From Eledone cirrhosa (lineage: Eukaryota), in contig OZ024742.1 in the NCBI GenBank assembly GCA_964016885.1, positions 240,188,001 to 240,252,000 of the forward strand: DNA of 64,000 nt, in the 5' to 3' direction. Every line of letters begins with the position of its first letter. Position 1 is the first letter of the stretch. Positions 1 to 12,440 of the stretch are shown one piece after another. The translations under genes were made by a program, and so were the position numbers. A model generated the notes under the pieces. The model was not told the DNA's origin, ran no database searches, and saw only the letters and a program-made list of their open reading frames with translations.

Positions 1-714
1 CAAGCAGGGAAAAGCGGACGTAAGATGATGATGATATATATAAATGTAGATTAAAATAAAAATTATTCGAATCATATTATACTATAAATCAGCTCAAATA
101 TGAATTATATTGGCTAAAATCTATACTTTGCAGAGCATTAATTATATTTAAGTATAATATGAAGAATATTAGTATACTATCTATATTAAGAACATAGCAA
201 GCAAAAAAATATGTTTAACAAAAATGTAATTTTACCTACATTTTGCTCAGGCTATAATTTCATCTTGGTCTATAAATTAGGCTTACATAGTTAATTAACT
301 AATTAAAACTCACATGACTCATATATAATAATAATAATAATAATAATATTGTGTAAAGTGCTCAGGTGCACTACAACTCGTCAAAGGTGCATGTATAAAA
401 TGTAAGTGAGATATGGCTCCTGGCCTGTCTGAGATGACAGGCAGTAGCTCAGATTAAATACTGACTTGGTCTGTGATGAACCTGTCCCACAACATGAAAC
501 ATGGACATTGCACAATGATGGTAATATTTTATCATACATAAATCTATACAAAAAACAAGGGTGATTAGTCAGAATCATTAGAGTTTGGATATGTGTTTCT
601 GAGTTCAAATCCCACCAAGGTCCACTTTACCTTTCATTCTTTCAGGTTCGATAAAGAAAGTACTAGTGAAACCCTATTTCTTTCCATCTGTCACATCCTG
701 GATGTTCCGCTGGA

Positions 715-888
715 TCAAAGGAGGTAGCATTGTGGTTGGTGTTAGGAAGGTAATCCAGCCGTAGAAAACCAGCCAGACACAGGCACATGAGCGAGACACA
801 GGCACCCGACCCAACTTGTTTCTAAATGGGACAAACCCGTCTAACCCATGCTTGTGTGGAAGATAGACATTAAACAATGATGATGATG

Positions 889-890
<2 letters not shown>
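715..890 (+). mobile_element. RTE 3'-end stub. Similar stubs lie at 1-33, 1655-1830, 6940-7245(-), 10118-10205, 24658-24812(-), 26360-26700(-), 31400-31630 and 37430-37680
   Basis: Shared GGTGTTAGGAAGGGCATCCAGCTGTAGAAA...AACCCATGC...(GAT)n terminus, usually followed by (TA)n. Confidence 0.8.
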
Positions 891-919
<29 letters not shown>

Positions 920-1390
920 TGTGTGTGTATATATATATATATATATATACTTGTATGTGTGTGTGTATATATAATATATGTGGTTATAGTGTAGTACTTC
1001 ACTATTTTCTGTCTCTCTGTAGTAAAATCTGAACAATTAAGATATCAGCCATTAGAATATCCTGTTAAGGGTGGTTCAGGTAGCAGAGCATTTAAAATTC
1101 AAAACTGTAAGAAAGTCAAGAATAAGAAATTATGATTTATTCATACATGTATGAATAAATGATAATTTCTGATTCTTGGCTTTCTTACTTCTGCAAATTG
1201 AGTGCAGCACTTGCACATCCAGGTGCAGGATGCACAAAGAAACCATGTGTCATTGTTCCGGAGCGTAATTTTATGGTGTTCCCACATAACACCATTTTTA
1301 CTACTAACCAACTCATTGTGTGTGCTCTGATATATAAACTCTATTGAATCATGGAGCAAGTGGAAAATTCAGCAGGCTAGCACACATTCA

Positions 1391-1505
<115 letters not shown>

Positions 1506-1650
1506 GAGGCACATGGCTTAGTGGTTAGAGCATTGGCCTTGCAATCGAAAGGTTGTGAGTTCAATTCTCAGACCGGGAGATGTGTTGTTTCCTTGAGCAA
1601 GACACTTTATTTCACATTGCTCCAGTTTACTCAGCTGTAGAAATGAGATG
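1506..1650 (+). mobile_element. tRNA-derived CORE-like SINE family 2. Other copies: ~5640-5822-, 9613-9885-, 21975-22125-
   Basis: A-box TGGCTTAGTGG and B-box GAGTTCAATTC, then TCCTTGAGCAAGACACTT...CAGCTGTAGAAATG. Confidence 0.8.
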
Positions 1651-2398
1651 ATAGGACTGGGGTCCATATTCTACTGCAAAGTGGTCGTGGAGGTGCCACT
1701 GCAAAAAGGCACCCAGCACTCACTGTAAATGAGGTTGGTGTTAGGAAGGGCGTCCAGCTGTAGAAATCAAGCCAGAATCAGTTCCCGTCCCACTCTTGCA
1801 AGCAGGGAAAAAAGAACAAAATGATGATGATATATAACAGAGAAAGTGCGGTAAGATAGCAGGTGCACCATAACGCACCAGAGTACTCAATACTTGGAGT
1901 AGTAGAGTGGGTAATACGAAAAGAATCTGGACCCCGACGGCTGAACTCCGGCCGTTTCGACAACTAGATCCGAGCTCAGCCATCAGGGTCCTGATTGTTT
2001 TCATATATATTTATATATATATAAATATAAATTCAGTGAGAATCGCATTTCGGCGGGTAGAAAAAGCGAAACGAAACGCAAAATCAGTCATGCTGGCAAG
2101 CGCTCCATAGTTAAAAAAACCAGAGCTAAACATGTTATAAAGGCCATACAAAACTGAAAAGGCAGTCAAGAAGGCATTAAATATATATATATCATCATCA
2201 TTCTTCGACTACTGTCGAGATGATGGATCTCACTCTCATGCCCCAGAATTACCTGTCCCCCATATAGTGTGTTTCCCTGAGGAACAGGAACCCTGGTGCA
2301 GTCAGTTGCGAAATCCATCATCTTTTCAAATAGCTAATAATGTGTGTGGGCACCACTACTATACACATGTGAAAGAATTTGACAGCCATATATATATA

Positions 2399-3615
2399 CA
2401 GGGTGCGGACGATATTTGTTTGCAAGATTACTGTCTAGGAAAAAATAACACAGTAGTTTTATTTTTTAAGATATATTTATCAAACTTGGGTCAGTTTGTC
2501 TTCATGACTTGTTCTTTCAATCTCACTTGATAAACCCACCATTGGCTTTGATGACGGCCTCAGAACCGGCTACAGCAGGCCTTTGTCACTGTCCCCCTAC
2601 TTAGGTCCCAAAAGGTACCTGTGATCCTGGCCTTCAGATCATCTTTTGTATTGCAGCTAGATCTGTTGGTGTCTCGTTCCACTGCACCCCACACAAAGAA
2701 GTCGAGAGGGTTGCAGTCAGGGGAGCTGGGGGGGCCAGATGTCAGGTGAAGTGTGGTCGACGAAGTTCTCTGACAGCCAGGCTTGGGTCTTTCGGCTGGT
2801 CGATCCAGGGCTTTACTACCTCGCTCAGAACACGGATGTAGCCATCGGTGTTCAGCTTGAGGCCTTCAGGGAAGAAGTGAGGTGGCATGACGACACCTAA
2901 GACCAATGTTGTCGCTGGAAACTTTGTCTGCATGACTCTTGGCATGTCTTTGGATGAGACAGCGAGCCACCTGTTGTTCTGGGAGTTGATCTTCTGTTCT
3001 TGGCAGAAGTTTTTCTCGTCGGAGAAAAACCACAGCATGTCTGGCTCCAGTGGGTGTTTCAACTTGTTGATCAGCTTCTTTGCGTGCTTCAGTCGCTTTT
3101 CTTGCATCGTCTTTGACAGAAATTGTCCTTTCCTCATCTTGTATGAAACATAGCGAATGTCTTGATGTACCACCAGCCTAATGGGCTTTTCATCCACGCC
3201 TTTCTCCCTTGCAATGGCACGTATCAACTTGCTACATTCATTGTTGATGATATCCTCAACTTCAGCGACGAACTCGGGTGTTCTGAAGGTGTCAGATCGT
3301 CGATCATGTGTTTTCCTCTCTGATGTTGCTTCGTAGTCGAATCCTGAATCTTCCAATTCCTTTCTGACCTTTTCCACCATTCTCCTGCTGACGCTGAGAA
3401 AGTCTGAAATTTCCTTATTTGTCCTCCCGGCGCGGATTCCAAGAAGAACTCTGTGTCTCTTCCACAAATTTGGAGGTTCAAAATTATTCATATTCAATTA
3501 TTCTGAAAATAAATAATGGAAATATAGTCACTGTTTTTATGAAGACAAGAGTGACAACGGAAGTAAAAAAAATTTGCATAAAATTAGCAGTTGAAAATTG
3601 CGAACAAATACCCTG
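2399..3615 (-). mobile_element. Tc1/mariner DNA transposon (maT/DD37D-like), internally deleted
   Basis: TIRs CAGGGT..ATTTGTTYGCAA with TA flanks. ORF 2742-3497 has an HTH region and WFFSDEKNF. WPPSSPDCNPLDFFVW follows in another frame. The segment with the second catalytic Asp is missing after KPWID. Confidence 0.9.
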
Positions 3616-4044
3616 TATATATATATACATATACACACATATATGAACCAGCCTGGACCCATTGGAATTGATGGTAAAATCCAAATACAGGGTTTCTATG
3701 ACACCTAAATCAATAATACTGTCCGCTTAAAACTATAAGCTTTTGGTATAATGATCGAACAAGGAATATCACGTTATCAACAGGTATTTTGTTCTGCACC
3801 AGTTTTGTGAATGACATAGTGCTTTGTAAAAGCACATGTGTAACACACAAGGGGAAAAACCCCAGATTTTGGCAAATGAATTCAGTATGTGTAAATCATG
3901 CAAAAAATTGCATAAATAGCACAAATCTCAAGGTAGTTTTTAAATAGCACAAATCAACCAGGTAGTTTTTAAAATAAACTTATACAATTAATCTGTCAAT
4001 AGAATTATTAACAGGTTAATTGTAAGACTCAGGAGATTAATACA

Positions 4045-4134
4045 AATATAAATTCAGTGAGAATCGCATTTCAGCGGGTAGAAAAAGAGAAACGAAACGC
4101 AAAATCAGAGTCATGCTGGCAAGCGCTCACTAGT
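4045..4134 (+). mobile_element. Probable Helitron 3'-terminal stub, duplicated at ~2022-2111
   Basis: Two ~90-bp near-identical copies ending GCTGGCAAGCGCTCACTAGT. Confidence 0.55.
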
Positions 4135-4779
4135 TTATATATATATGGAAAGAGAGAAAGAGAGAGTGTTTTTATCAACCATAAACATGCTGTACCAAAT
4201 GAAATCACATTAGCAAGAAATTCTTGAAAAGTACAAAACACCATTGACTGCGTCTCAAGGTTTTTATTTTGTTAACTGCAAATTTTCAAGATGATCTGTC
4301 CATTAGTAAAGATATAAACATCTGAATTAATAAACCAGTTGAAATCACAATGGCAAGATATTCTTGGAAAGTACAAAACTGCATCACTTTAAAAATTAAA
4401 GTATTTGTTCTGATATTGCAAATTTTCATAACAATTTGTCCACTAGTAAAGATACTATAAACATTTGAATTAATATTTTCTGCTAAATTATTACAGGATG
4501 CTAAGAGCTGAAGAAAAGGTCCATAAAAATGACAATTGTTAACTTAGACATTAGGCATCATATTTGGGTAGAGGGGTGTACTTGATTATATCAACTCTGG
4601 GTACTTCACTGTTAATTTTGTGGAGATTTAATTGCTATTTCTAGCGCATTGAATGACCAGGTAGAAGCTTCCTCAGTGGTTTCTATAGTGATGGTAGTAT
4701 GGGTGAAGGTACTTGTCAAAGATTAATAAATTATTCTTTAAACATTTAACATCTCACTGTTCAAGGGTTGGTCAGCCTC

Positions 4780-5005
4780 GTGGTCCTAGCAAAGACGATG
4801 CACTGGAGGATGGCGAGGAAGATGCACTGGAACAGCCACTCCAACTTTCAGGGCTTGCTCATGCATGTAGCCAACTCTGCTCCAATAGCAGTGAGTAGAG
4901 TTGTGATCCAGGGTACAAGAATGACAGAAGGCTCCACTGCCAAAGGTTCCACTGCCAAAGGCTCAACCACAAACCTATTGGAGAGAGACTAATACTTATT
5001 GACCA
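4780..5005 (-). pseudogene. Second CRE-like RLE C-terminal fragment
   Basis: Minus strand reads KY*SLSNRFVVEPLAVEPLAVEP...LEWLFQCIFLAIL, with a 15-bp internal duplication. Confidence 0.6.
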
Positions 5006-5224
5006 ACTACCCAAACCGTTACATAATAATTGTTTCTACTTTTGGAACAAGGCCAGCAATTATCCCAATGTATTACAGGTGCTTTATGTTATCGACCCCG
5101 TAAGGATAAAAGGCAAAGTTAACCTTGGCAGTATTTGAACTCAGAATGCAAAGCATGCTGTCTGACGCTCTACTGATACTGCCAATCCACCGCCCTATTT
5201 ATACAAATCTTTACATAATGAAAA

Positions 5225-5520
5225 TTATTGTGTACAGAGCTTAGGTGCACTACACTCATCAAAGGTGTATATAGTACATAGAATAATGTACAAATGTTAG
5301 GAAAGTGAACAGTGTATGTGTCTTGATATTCACACAGATACACACATACACATGTGTGCGTGTGTATGGAGGAGGAATATCAGGTGTAGTGTTGGCAAAT
5401 TTTGGGAAGCATGGAAGTTTTGAAGGATGCAGTTTCCCGACAGCTAACAACTGATACAAGTAGTTTTTTCCATGCTTCAGCAACTCTGAACGTGAAAAAA
5501 TGAAGGACAAACTTAACTTT
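5225..5520 (-). mobile_element. CR1-type LINE 3' fragment (related 3' stub at ~340-400)
   Basis: HFFTFRVAEAWKKLLVSVV...ASFK is a CR1 C-terminal motif. The GTAGTGCACCT-containing 3' tail is shared with 340-400. Confidence 0.6.
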
Positions 5521-5924
5521 GGCACAATTTGATCGCTAATCATAATAGGACTTTAATTAAGTCTAAAGTCTGTCCCAAGCTCAGAGACTCATCAGGTCAG
5601 TGCATACCTGGTTTCTGTGGTGTTAAGCAACTGAGAGTACAAGACTTCCCTCTGGACAGGACACCAGTCCATTGCAAAGTTAAACCTCTAGGTATTGTTG
5701 GTACTCATTTTCAGCTGAGTATACTGGAGCAAAATGAAATGAAGTGTTTTACTCAAGAACACAATACACAACCCAGTCTGGGAATCGAACCCATAATATT
5801 ATGAGCCAACACCCTTACCACTTTAATTAAGTGCGGTTATAATATTTAGTCCATCACTCTACAGACTATACTATCTACTGCCCTGAAGGTAATAAGGATT
5901 TCTTTATTAGCCACAACAGCTTGC

Positions 5925-6145
5925 ACATATAATACAGTAAACATTATAAACATAGGGGTTACAATACATGTGGTCTTTGACAGACAAAGTTATATATAAT
6001 GCAGTAAACATCAATATTGGGGTTACAATGCATGTAGGGGGTGGACAGACAATGTTAATGTAATAATACAGTAAAAATTCTAAATATAGGGGTTACATTA
6101 CATGTGAGTTTGGACAGACATGTTATATATAATACAGTAAACATA
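5925..6145. repeat. Minisatellite, about 3 units of 65-70 bp
   Basis: Recurring AATACAGTAAA...AGGGGTTACAATACATG...GACAGACA. Confidence 0.8.
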
Positions 6146-6550
6146 GTGGTAGTGGTAGTAGTATTGGTGGTGCTGGTGGCAACAATAGATGCAGCAGATT
6201 AACTGCATTACTAGAACATAGGAACTAATGCTTTGCACTATTTCTACCAACATTGAGTTTAAATCTTGCTCAGGTCAACTTTGTCTTTAACCCTTTAGTA
6301 TTCACATTATTTTATATATACTATTATATTTTCATGGTAAAGGCTTTACGTCACATAATTCTCACATAATATCGAATCTATAAGATTTTGAAAGTATTTA
6401 TTTTGAGACCAATACCTTAACATCAGTTTGGGTGACCAGTTACAGCCAGTTTCAACAGAAAGAAGTAGAGAATTCTGGCCAGTTTGAACACTAAAGGGTT
6501 AATCCATTCAGATTTGTTATATTATATATAGATAGATACATAGATATAGA

Positions 6551-6763
6551 TATAAGGAAAAGTAATCGAAAAAAAAATGGAGTCTTTTTAAGAATATTTA
6601 TTTATTTCCTTTACCGGTTTCACAGTTCTCATGCTTTTCAAAAGTAAAATTGAGATGGAGGGTTTGTGGTTTTGAAAAGCATAAGAACTGTGAAACCGGT
6701 AAAGGAAATAAATAAATATTCTTAAAAAGACTCCATTTTTTTTTTCGATTACTTTTCCTTATA
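6551..6763. repeat. Near-perfect inverted repeat (~93-bp arms, 26-nt spacer)
   Basis: Arms 6551-6643 and 6670-6763 are reverse complements with about 2 differences. Confidence 0.95.
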
Positions 6764-7394
6764 CTTTCACCCTTGTAGAACATCTGGTTTTGTTAATAAA
6801 AAAAACCCTCATTTTCTTATATATATATATAGAGAGAGAGAGAGAGATTTATGGATTGTAATGCCCAGTTACTGTAGGTTCCCCAGATGTAACTGTCCTT
6901 TTTATTATTATTAATATATGTATATATCACCACACACACCATCACCGTTTTACATCTATTTTCCATGCTAGCATGGGTTAGACGAGTTGTCCTGTTGTGG
7001 GCAATGCTAGGTCAGGTAACCATCTCTTTCTCATACAGAACTGATTCTGGCTTGGTTTCTACACCTGGATGCCCTTCCTAAAGCCAACCCCATTTACAGT
7101 GAGTACTGGGTGCTTTTTGTCATGATGCCTACACGACCACTTTACAGTGTGAACTGGGTGGTTTTTTGTCGTGACACCTACAGGAACACTTTACAATGTG
7201 GACTGGGAACTTTTTGCCATGTCATTATCAAGACCACTTTACAGTATGTATATATATATATATGAATGTATGTATAGTATATTTGGCAATATACCATATG
7301 TTTAATTTAAAACATTTTGAAGACCTTGCGCTGTCATTCATTTTAAAGTAGTGACTATGTCACTTACTTCTTTTTTCGGCAAAGGAAGAGAGAG

Positions 7395-7440
7395 ACGCTG
7401 ACAGATTCTGTTTCACACTGTTGGTGTTCCTCAGAGCAAC
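7395..7440 (-). ncRNA. Type I hammerhead ribozyme
   Basis: TGCT-CTGAGGA-ACAC caaca GTGT-GAAA-CAGAaTCTG-TC-AGCG: core intact, GUC cleavage triplet. Confidence 0.8.
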
Positions 7441-8589
7441 GTACCTGCCGAAAATTATAGAGGCTGGATTCTTATAGAATTCCAGTAATAATCAGGAACT
7501 GATTATACAGAGCGATTGCCGGTCCAGCAAAAATTAAAAATTAGGATTGGTGCTCTGAAATAGCGATGTATACATGAATGTATATATATATATATATATT
7601 ATTATATATATTATTATATATATTATTTATTTATTTATTTATTTATTAATACTACTGTGCATAGTATTTTCTGTCTGGCCCTTATTCACTCATTCACATA
7701 TGTGTCTGTTTACCAACCTTGTAATTATAAGTAATTATATATTATATTATGTTCATTATTTTATATTGAAGTTGTTATTCAACTCTTTGTAAATGTAATA
7801 TTGATCTTTGTTACTTACTATGATTTTATGTACCATTATGATATGTTAAATTTTATATATCATGAAGGATGTTTATATATTTTTGTACCATCATAATTTT
7901 GGGTATTGTACAATTTATATATATTTTTTTTCTCACCTGCTCTCTAACTCTATATGAATTGATTTGTTAACTTACATGCCATTATATATTATATATTATT
8001 ATATTATTATTATAGTGTTATTGTGACATCTATATTGTTTGTGTAAATTAACCGGAGATTATCTATTATATTATATTATATATAATTATATAGTTTATTA
8101 TATATTATATGTGTTACTTTTAATCATTTCATTACTTCATGTTATACTGTATATTTGATATACATATTATTTTTATTTTTATTCCTATTATGCTTATTTA
8201 TATTTAAACTCTTAATAAGGTTTAATTTGTGCTGTTAACGATGGAAATGTGTATTGATGTATATGTATATGTGCGTACGTGTGCGTATATATATATACAT
8301 ATATATATTCTGCCTTTTAATTTTAATTTTTATATTGTTACAAGTATATTATATTATATTGTATTACATATAGTACTATAATTCCCGCTCTATATAACCA
8401 CCTTTGTTTAGCTCTAGTTTTTTGCTTTGGACTATATTTGTAATATGGTTCAAAATGTTATCCACCTCCTTAGTGATTTTTATTATATATTTTTACCCAT
8501 AATCTTCCAATACTTTAGTGTATGTACACTCCATATTCTTCGGAGTTTTCGGCTTGTATTGGCCAATAGTGCTTCTTGTGGTTTTGATT

Positions 8590-8627
8590 GCCCTGATGAG
8601 TCCTTAATAGGACGAAACATTGTTGGC
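8590..8627 (+). ncRNA. Type I hammerhead ribozyme (Penelope-like)
   Basis: GCC-CTGATGA-GTCCT taat AGGAC-GAAA-C att G-TT-GGC, followed directly by AATAAA at 8629. Confidence 0.8.
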
Positions 8628-8672
8628 TAATAAAGACTTTTGATGTATTGAAGGCTTCTTTGTTTTATTTTC

Positions 8673-8736
<64 letters not shown>

Positions 8737-9171
8737 CATTGGCAGTATCGGTAGAGGGTCGGACACCATGCTTTCCAGCATAGTTACGTCCCTTTATGAA
8801 TTCAAATCCCGTCGAGGTTAACTTTGCCTTTCATCCTTACGGGGTTGATAAAATAAAGTACCAGTAATGTACTGGGTAATTGCTGGCCTAGTGCCAAAAG
8901 TAGAAACAATTATTATATATATTATTTTTTATTTTATATAGAAATGACTTCTACAGGACTAGAACTGTTTCATTCATATGTAATCATGAGGGCATATATA
9001 TATAGAGAGAGAGAAAGAGAAAGAGAAATTGGGAGTTACCAGTTTAGACTAGTAAGACCATGCTCAGCTACATGCTCGGTACGTGGGAAAGTAGAGTGGA
9101 TATATAGTGAAAAGTTAGTGCTCCAGCCATCAGCCATACAGCTAAAATCACAACTGTAAAAACACATGTTA

Positions 9172-10055
9172 TCTTTATATCTAAAACAGAATGCATGTAT
9201 GTCTTTCTGTCTGACTCCCTAAAACTCGAGAACCACTCAACCGATTGTTTTCAAAATTTACACAAGTAATACTTATTGTCGTGTGAGTGTTTTGAGCAAA
9301 ATATATTTCAAATTTTCAATGCCCTAGGGACCGCATTAGGAGATTTAGCGATCTCTCTCTATAACACTTAGTCTTTCTTTTTAGATAGATACATAGATAT
9401 AACTTTGCGCCCTTATAATATCTGTCTGTATGTCTGGCTGTCTGCATTATGACGTCGCTATATGTATATATAGTGTGTGTGTATATATATATAGTGTGTA
9501 ACGTTTTTCGAAATATTTACTTCTGCGTTCACAGATTGATATTTTTTAGTTTCAGAAGATCCTGTTAAGGGTGAAAGCAGCGATTTTTTGCTTAAACTTT
9601 AATCTGTTATTTTAACATCACCTTGATCACCTTGACCCGACCAGTCTGTCGGGCGGCAATCGGCGCCGCTGGTCACCGCACTTTGTGCTGTTTTAGCCAT
9701 AAGATAACACCATCCCACTGGCTGGGCGGGCAGGCTGGTACTCATTTCTATAGCTGAGTAAACTGGAACAACGTAAAATAAAGTGTCTTGCTCAAGGAAA
9801 CAACACATCACCCACTCCGAGAATTGAACTCACAACCTTTCAATTGCAAGCCCAATGCTCTAACCACTAAGCCATGCGCCTTCACATATATTTTAATATT
9901 TATATATAATTATATATTCATGTACAGATATTTTTGCATACACAATAACAAAATATAAACAAGCGTATTTATTTCACGAGGCTCGATAAGGATAAATATA
10001 TATCAAATATATAAGAACCCTAGAGCAAATCCCGAGCAACGCCACTCCATTCTGA
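9172..10055 (+). mobile_element. Non-autonomous Helitron (same family as 19256-19920), interrupted by a SINE at ~9613-9885
   Basis: Long near-identity to the reverse complement of 19256-19920. The SINE is flanked by a TATTTTAA duplication. Confidence 0.8.
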
Positions 10056-10559
10056 AATACTAAAAATAGTTACTCATTAGGCCCATATATATAATATATA
10101 TGTGTGTGTTTGTGTAAGGACATCCAGCTGTAGAAATCAAGCCAGAATCAGTTCCTGTCCCACCCTTGCAAGCAGGGAAAAGCGGACGTAAAATGAAATG
10201 ATGATATATATATATATATCTATGGTTATGAATTGTGATACTTGATTGATTAATTTTATATTATCTTATATTTTTTTTTTGTTTTTGTTTCTAATAACCA
10301 AATTTCAAATTTAGGGAGAGTTTATTTGTTATAATTTGTTATTTTTTGTAATTGTATTATATTTTCTTTAATATTTTTCATGATTACTACCATCTCTGAA
10401 CATCTATCAAGTCTCCCCCCCCCCCCCCTCCCCAATGACATACAAACTTGAACTGACCATATTGGGCATTTGGGATGCTCAGCTGGGTAAAATAACAAAT
10501 TTTTAAATATCACAGAAAACTGAAGCAAAAATTGAATGCACCATAGCCGAGCTCTGATG

Positions 10560-11055
10560 CATTCTGTTAGTGACACCAAAGCTGAGCTGTGAAAGCATAT
10601 CCCTGGCCCTGAACAATCTATTAGTCAGTGTTACTCAAGGTGAGCAGTGAAAACACATCTCTGGCCCACAGCATTCAGCAGTCTGATAGTCAGTGTCACC
10701 AAAGCTGAGCTGTAAAAATATATCTCTGGCCCTCAGTAGTCAATTAGTCAGTGTCTCTGTAGCTGAGCTGTGAAAACACATTTCTGGTCATCAGCAAACT
10801 GATGGTCAGTGTCACCATAGCTGAGCAGTGATAACACATCTCTGGCCCTCATCAGTCAGCTGTCTGTTAGTTAGTGTCACCTTAGCTGAGCAGTGAAAGC
10901 TCATCTCTGGCCCTCAGCAGTCAGCAATCTGTTAGTCAAAGTTACCTTAGCTAAGCAGTGAAAACACACTTCTGGCCTTCAGCAGTCTATTAGTCAGTAT
11001 CACTATAGCTGAGCAGAGAAAAGAAACCTCTGGCCCTTAGCAGTCAATCAGTTTG
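10560..11055. repeat. Minisatellite, about 8 units of ~58/65 bp
   Basis: Recurring TAGTCAGTGTCACCNNAGCTGAGCAGTGAAAACACATCTCTGGCCCTCAGCAGTC. Confidence 0.9.
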
Positions 11056-11314
11056 TGTGGCCCAGATGCCCAAACTGGTTTCAAGAGCCAGTCCAGTCCA
11101 CTTTTGACCACATGTTTATGAAAACCTTAATATTTCTGGCATCCTTTATAGAAGCTCCTTAACCTTTCTCCCACCTGGTTCTCTCTCACAGGTTTTATCA
11201 ATGAACCCATTCATACAAAGCTTCCACTTGTTTCTGGCAGTTAGATTCTTCGGGGCAAATTTATCTTCCTTATAGAGTCTATTAGAAACTATTAACTTGG
11301 ATTTGAAACTTTAA

Positions 11315-11609
11315 CCCTTTTGATACAAAACTGCCCCAAACCGGTCCTGGTTCTGGTTCTATGATACTCAACTGTCTGTTTAAAAGTGTTTGTTTATGAC
11401 TGCATTTCTAATGAAATACACTCTATTTTAATTAATTAAGGAATTTTAAGGAATTTACTAAAATTATTAATTATTTCATTACTAAGATAATAACTTAATG
11501 TAAGGTTCTTATGTAAAATTATGTTGGAAGATTTAAATTGGAAACCTTTAAGATGGGGGGATATATTTCATAGAAACAGCTGGTTATGGCCAGGTTGGCA
11601 ACTAAAGGG
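11315..11609. mobile_element. piggyBac-like MITE. Related elements: 6291-6498, ~22730-22990, 37878-38112, 39113-39320, 40444-40670, 41400-41630
   Basis: TTAA|CCCTTT...AAAGGG|TTAA. The 6291-6498 copy has TIR CCCTTTAGT and sits inside a SINE. Confidence 0.7.
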
Positions 11610-11739
11610 TTAAGGCTCTTTCATGTTATTTCAATTTTTTTTTTATTAAAGAACATTGGAACTTTATACATTTGCTCTTGCTTTTCTGTACTCTCTCTCC
11701 CCGATGAATATGTTATAGTAGTATATATTATACATGAAC

Positions 11740-12440
11740 AGCAAAGTTTCAATGAACTGAAAAACTGGGCATAAGACAGTTCAGACGCAATGTGCAGGAG
11801 AGGAGATTGCGATGGTATGGACATGTGATGTGTATGGAGGATGACAGCAGTATCAAAAGGTGCACGATGCTTGAAGTTAAAGATCATTATGGAAGAGGAA
11901 GACCTAGGAAAGCTAAGGATGTAGTGATAAAAGCTGACATTCCACAATTAAAACTTTCAAAGGTGATGACACAGGATAGAGACCTTTGGCAATATGCTGT
12001 ACTGCAGAAGATCCACCTTTCCATGTGCATATGATAAAGCAAACATTTAGAGGTTATTAGTTTACACCAATTTCCCTCTCTCCCACCTATACACCTTCCC
12101 ACTTCTTAATACGCACCCATCCCCAGCCAGCATACTCATTTCACCCCCTCCACACCTGATAAACCTGCTCTCCCGCAGTCCTGTCACTACAATAAAAACC
12201 ACTGTAAAGTGGTTGTGCTGATGACAACAAAAAGCAATCAGTCAATACTATAAGACAGCCCTGCTGGGGACATGACAAAAAACACCTAAGGTGTAAGGTG
12301 GTTGTGTTGGTGACCCAAGAAAAAAAGCACCCAGTCCACCTTGTAGTGGTTGTGCTGGTGACACGATAAAATGTGCCTTGTCCACCCTGTAAGGTGACAC
12401 AATGAAAAATCACTTAGTCAACCCAAGGAATCATTACATC
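11740..12440 (+). mobile_element. Old RTE LINE 3' fragment
   Basis: ORF 11792-12034 (ERRLRWYGHVM...GRGRPRK) followed by degenerate CACTGTAAAGTGGT 3'-UTR repeats. Confidence 0.8.

Noticed and set aside
1506-1580. tRNA gene candidates at A/B-box sites
   Set aside because: No cloverleaf can be formed. Each continues into a multi-copy SINE body.
4713-4992. Plus-strand ORFs as host exons
   Set aside because: Better explained by the minus-strand RLE retrotransposon remnant.
11700-11745. CCGATGA...GAAC degenerate hammerhead
   Set aside because: Two core mismatches and it merges into an RTE fragment.
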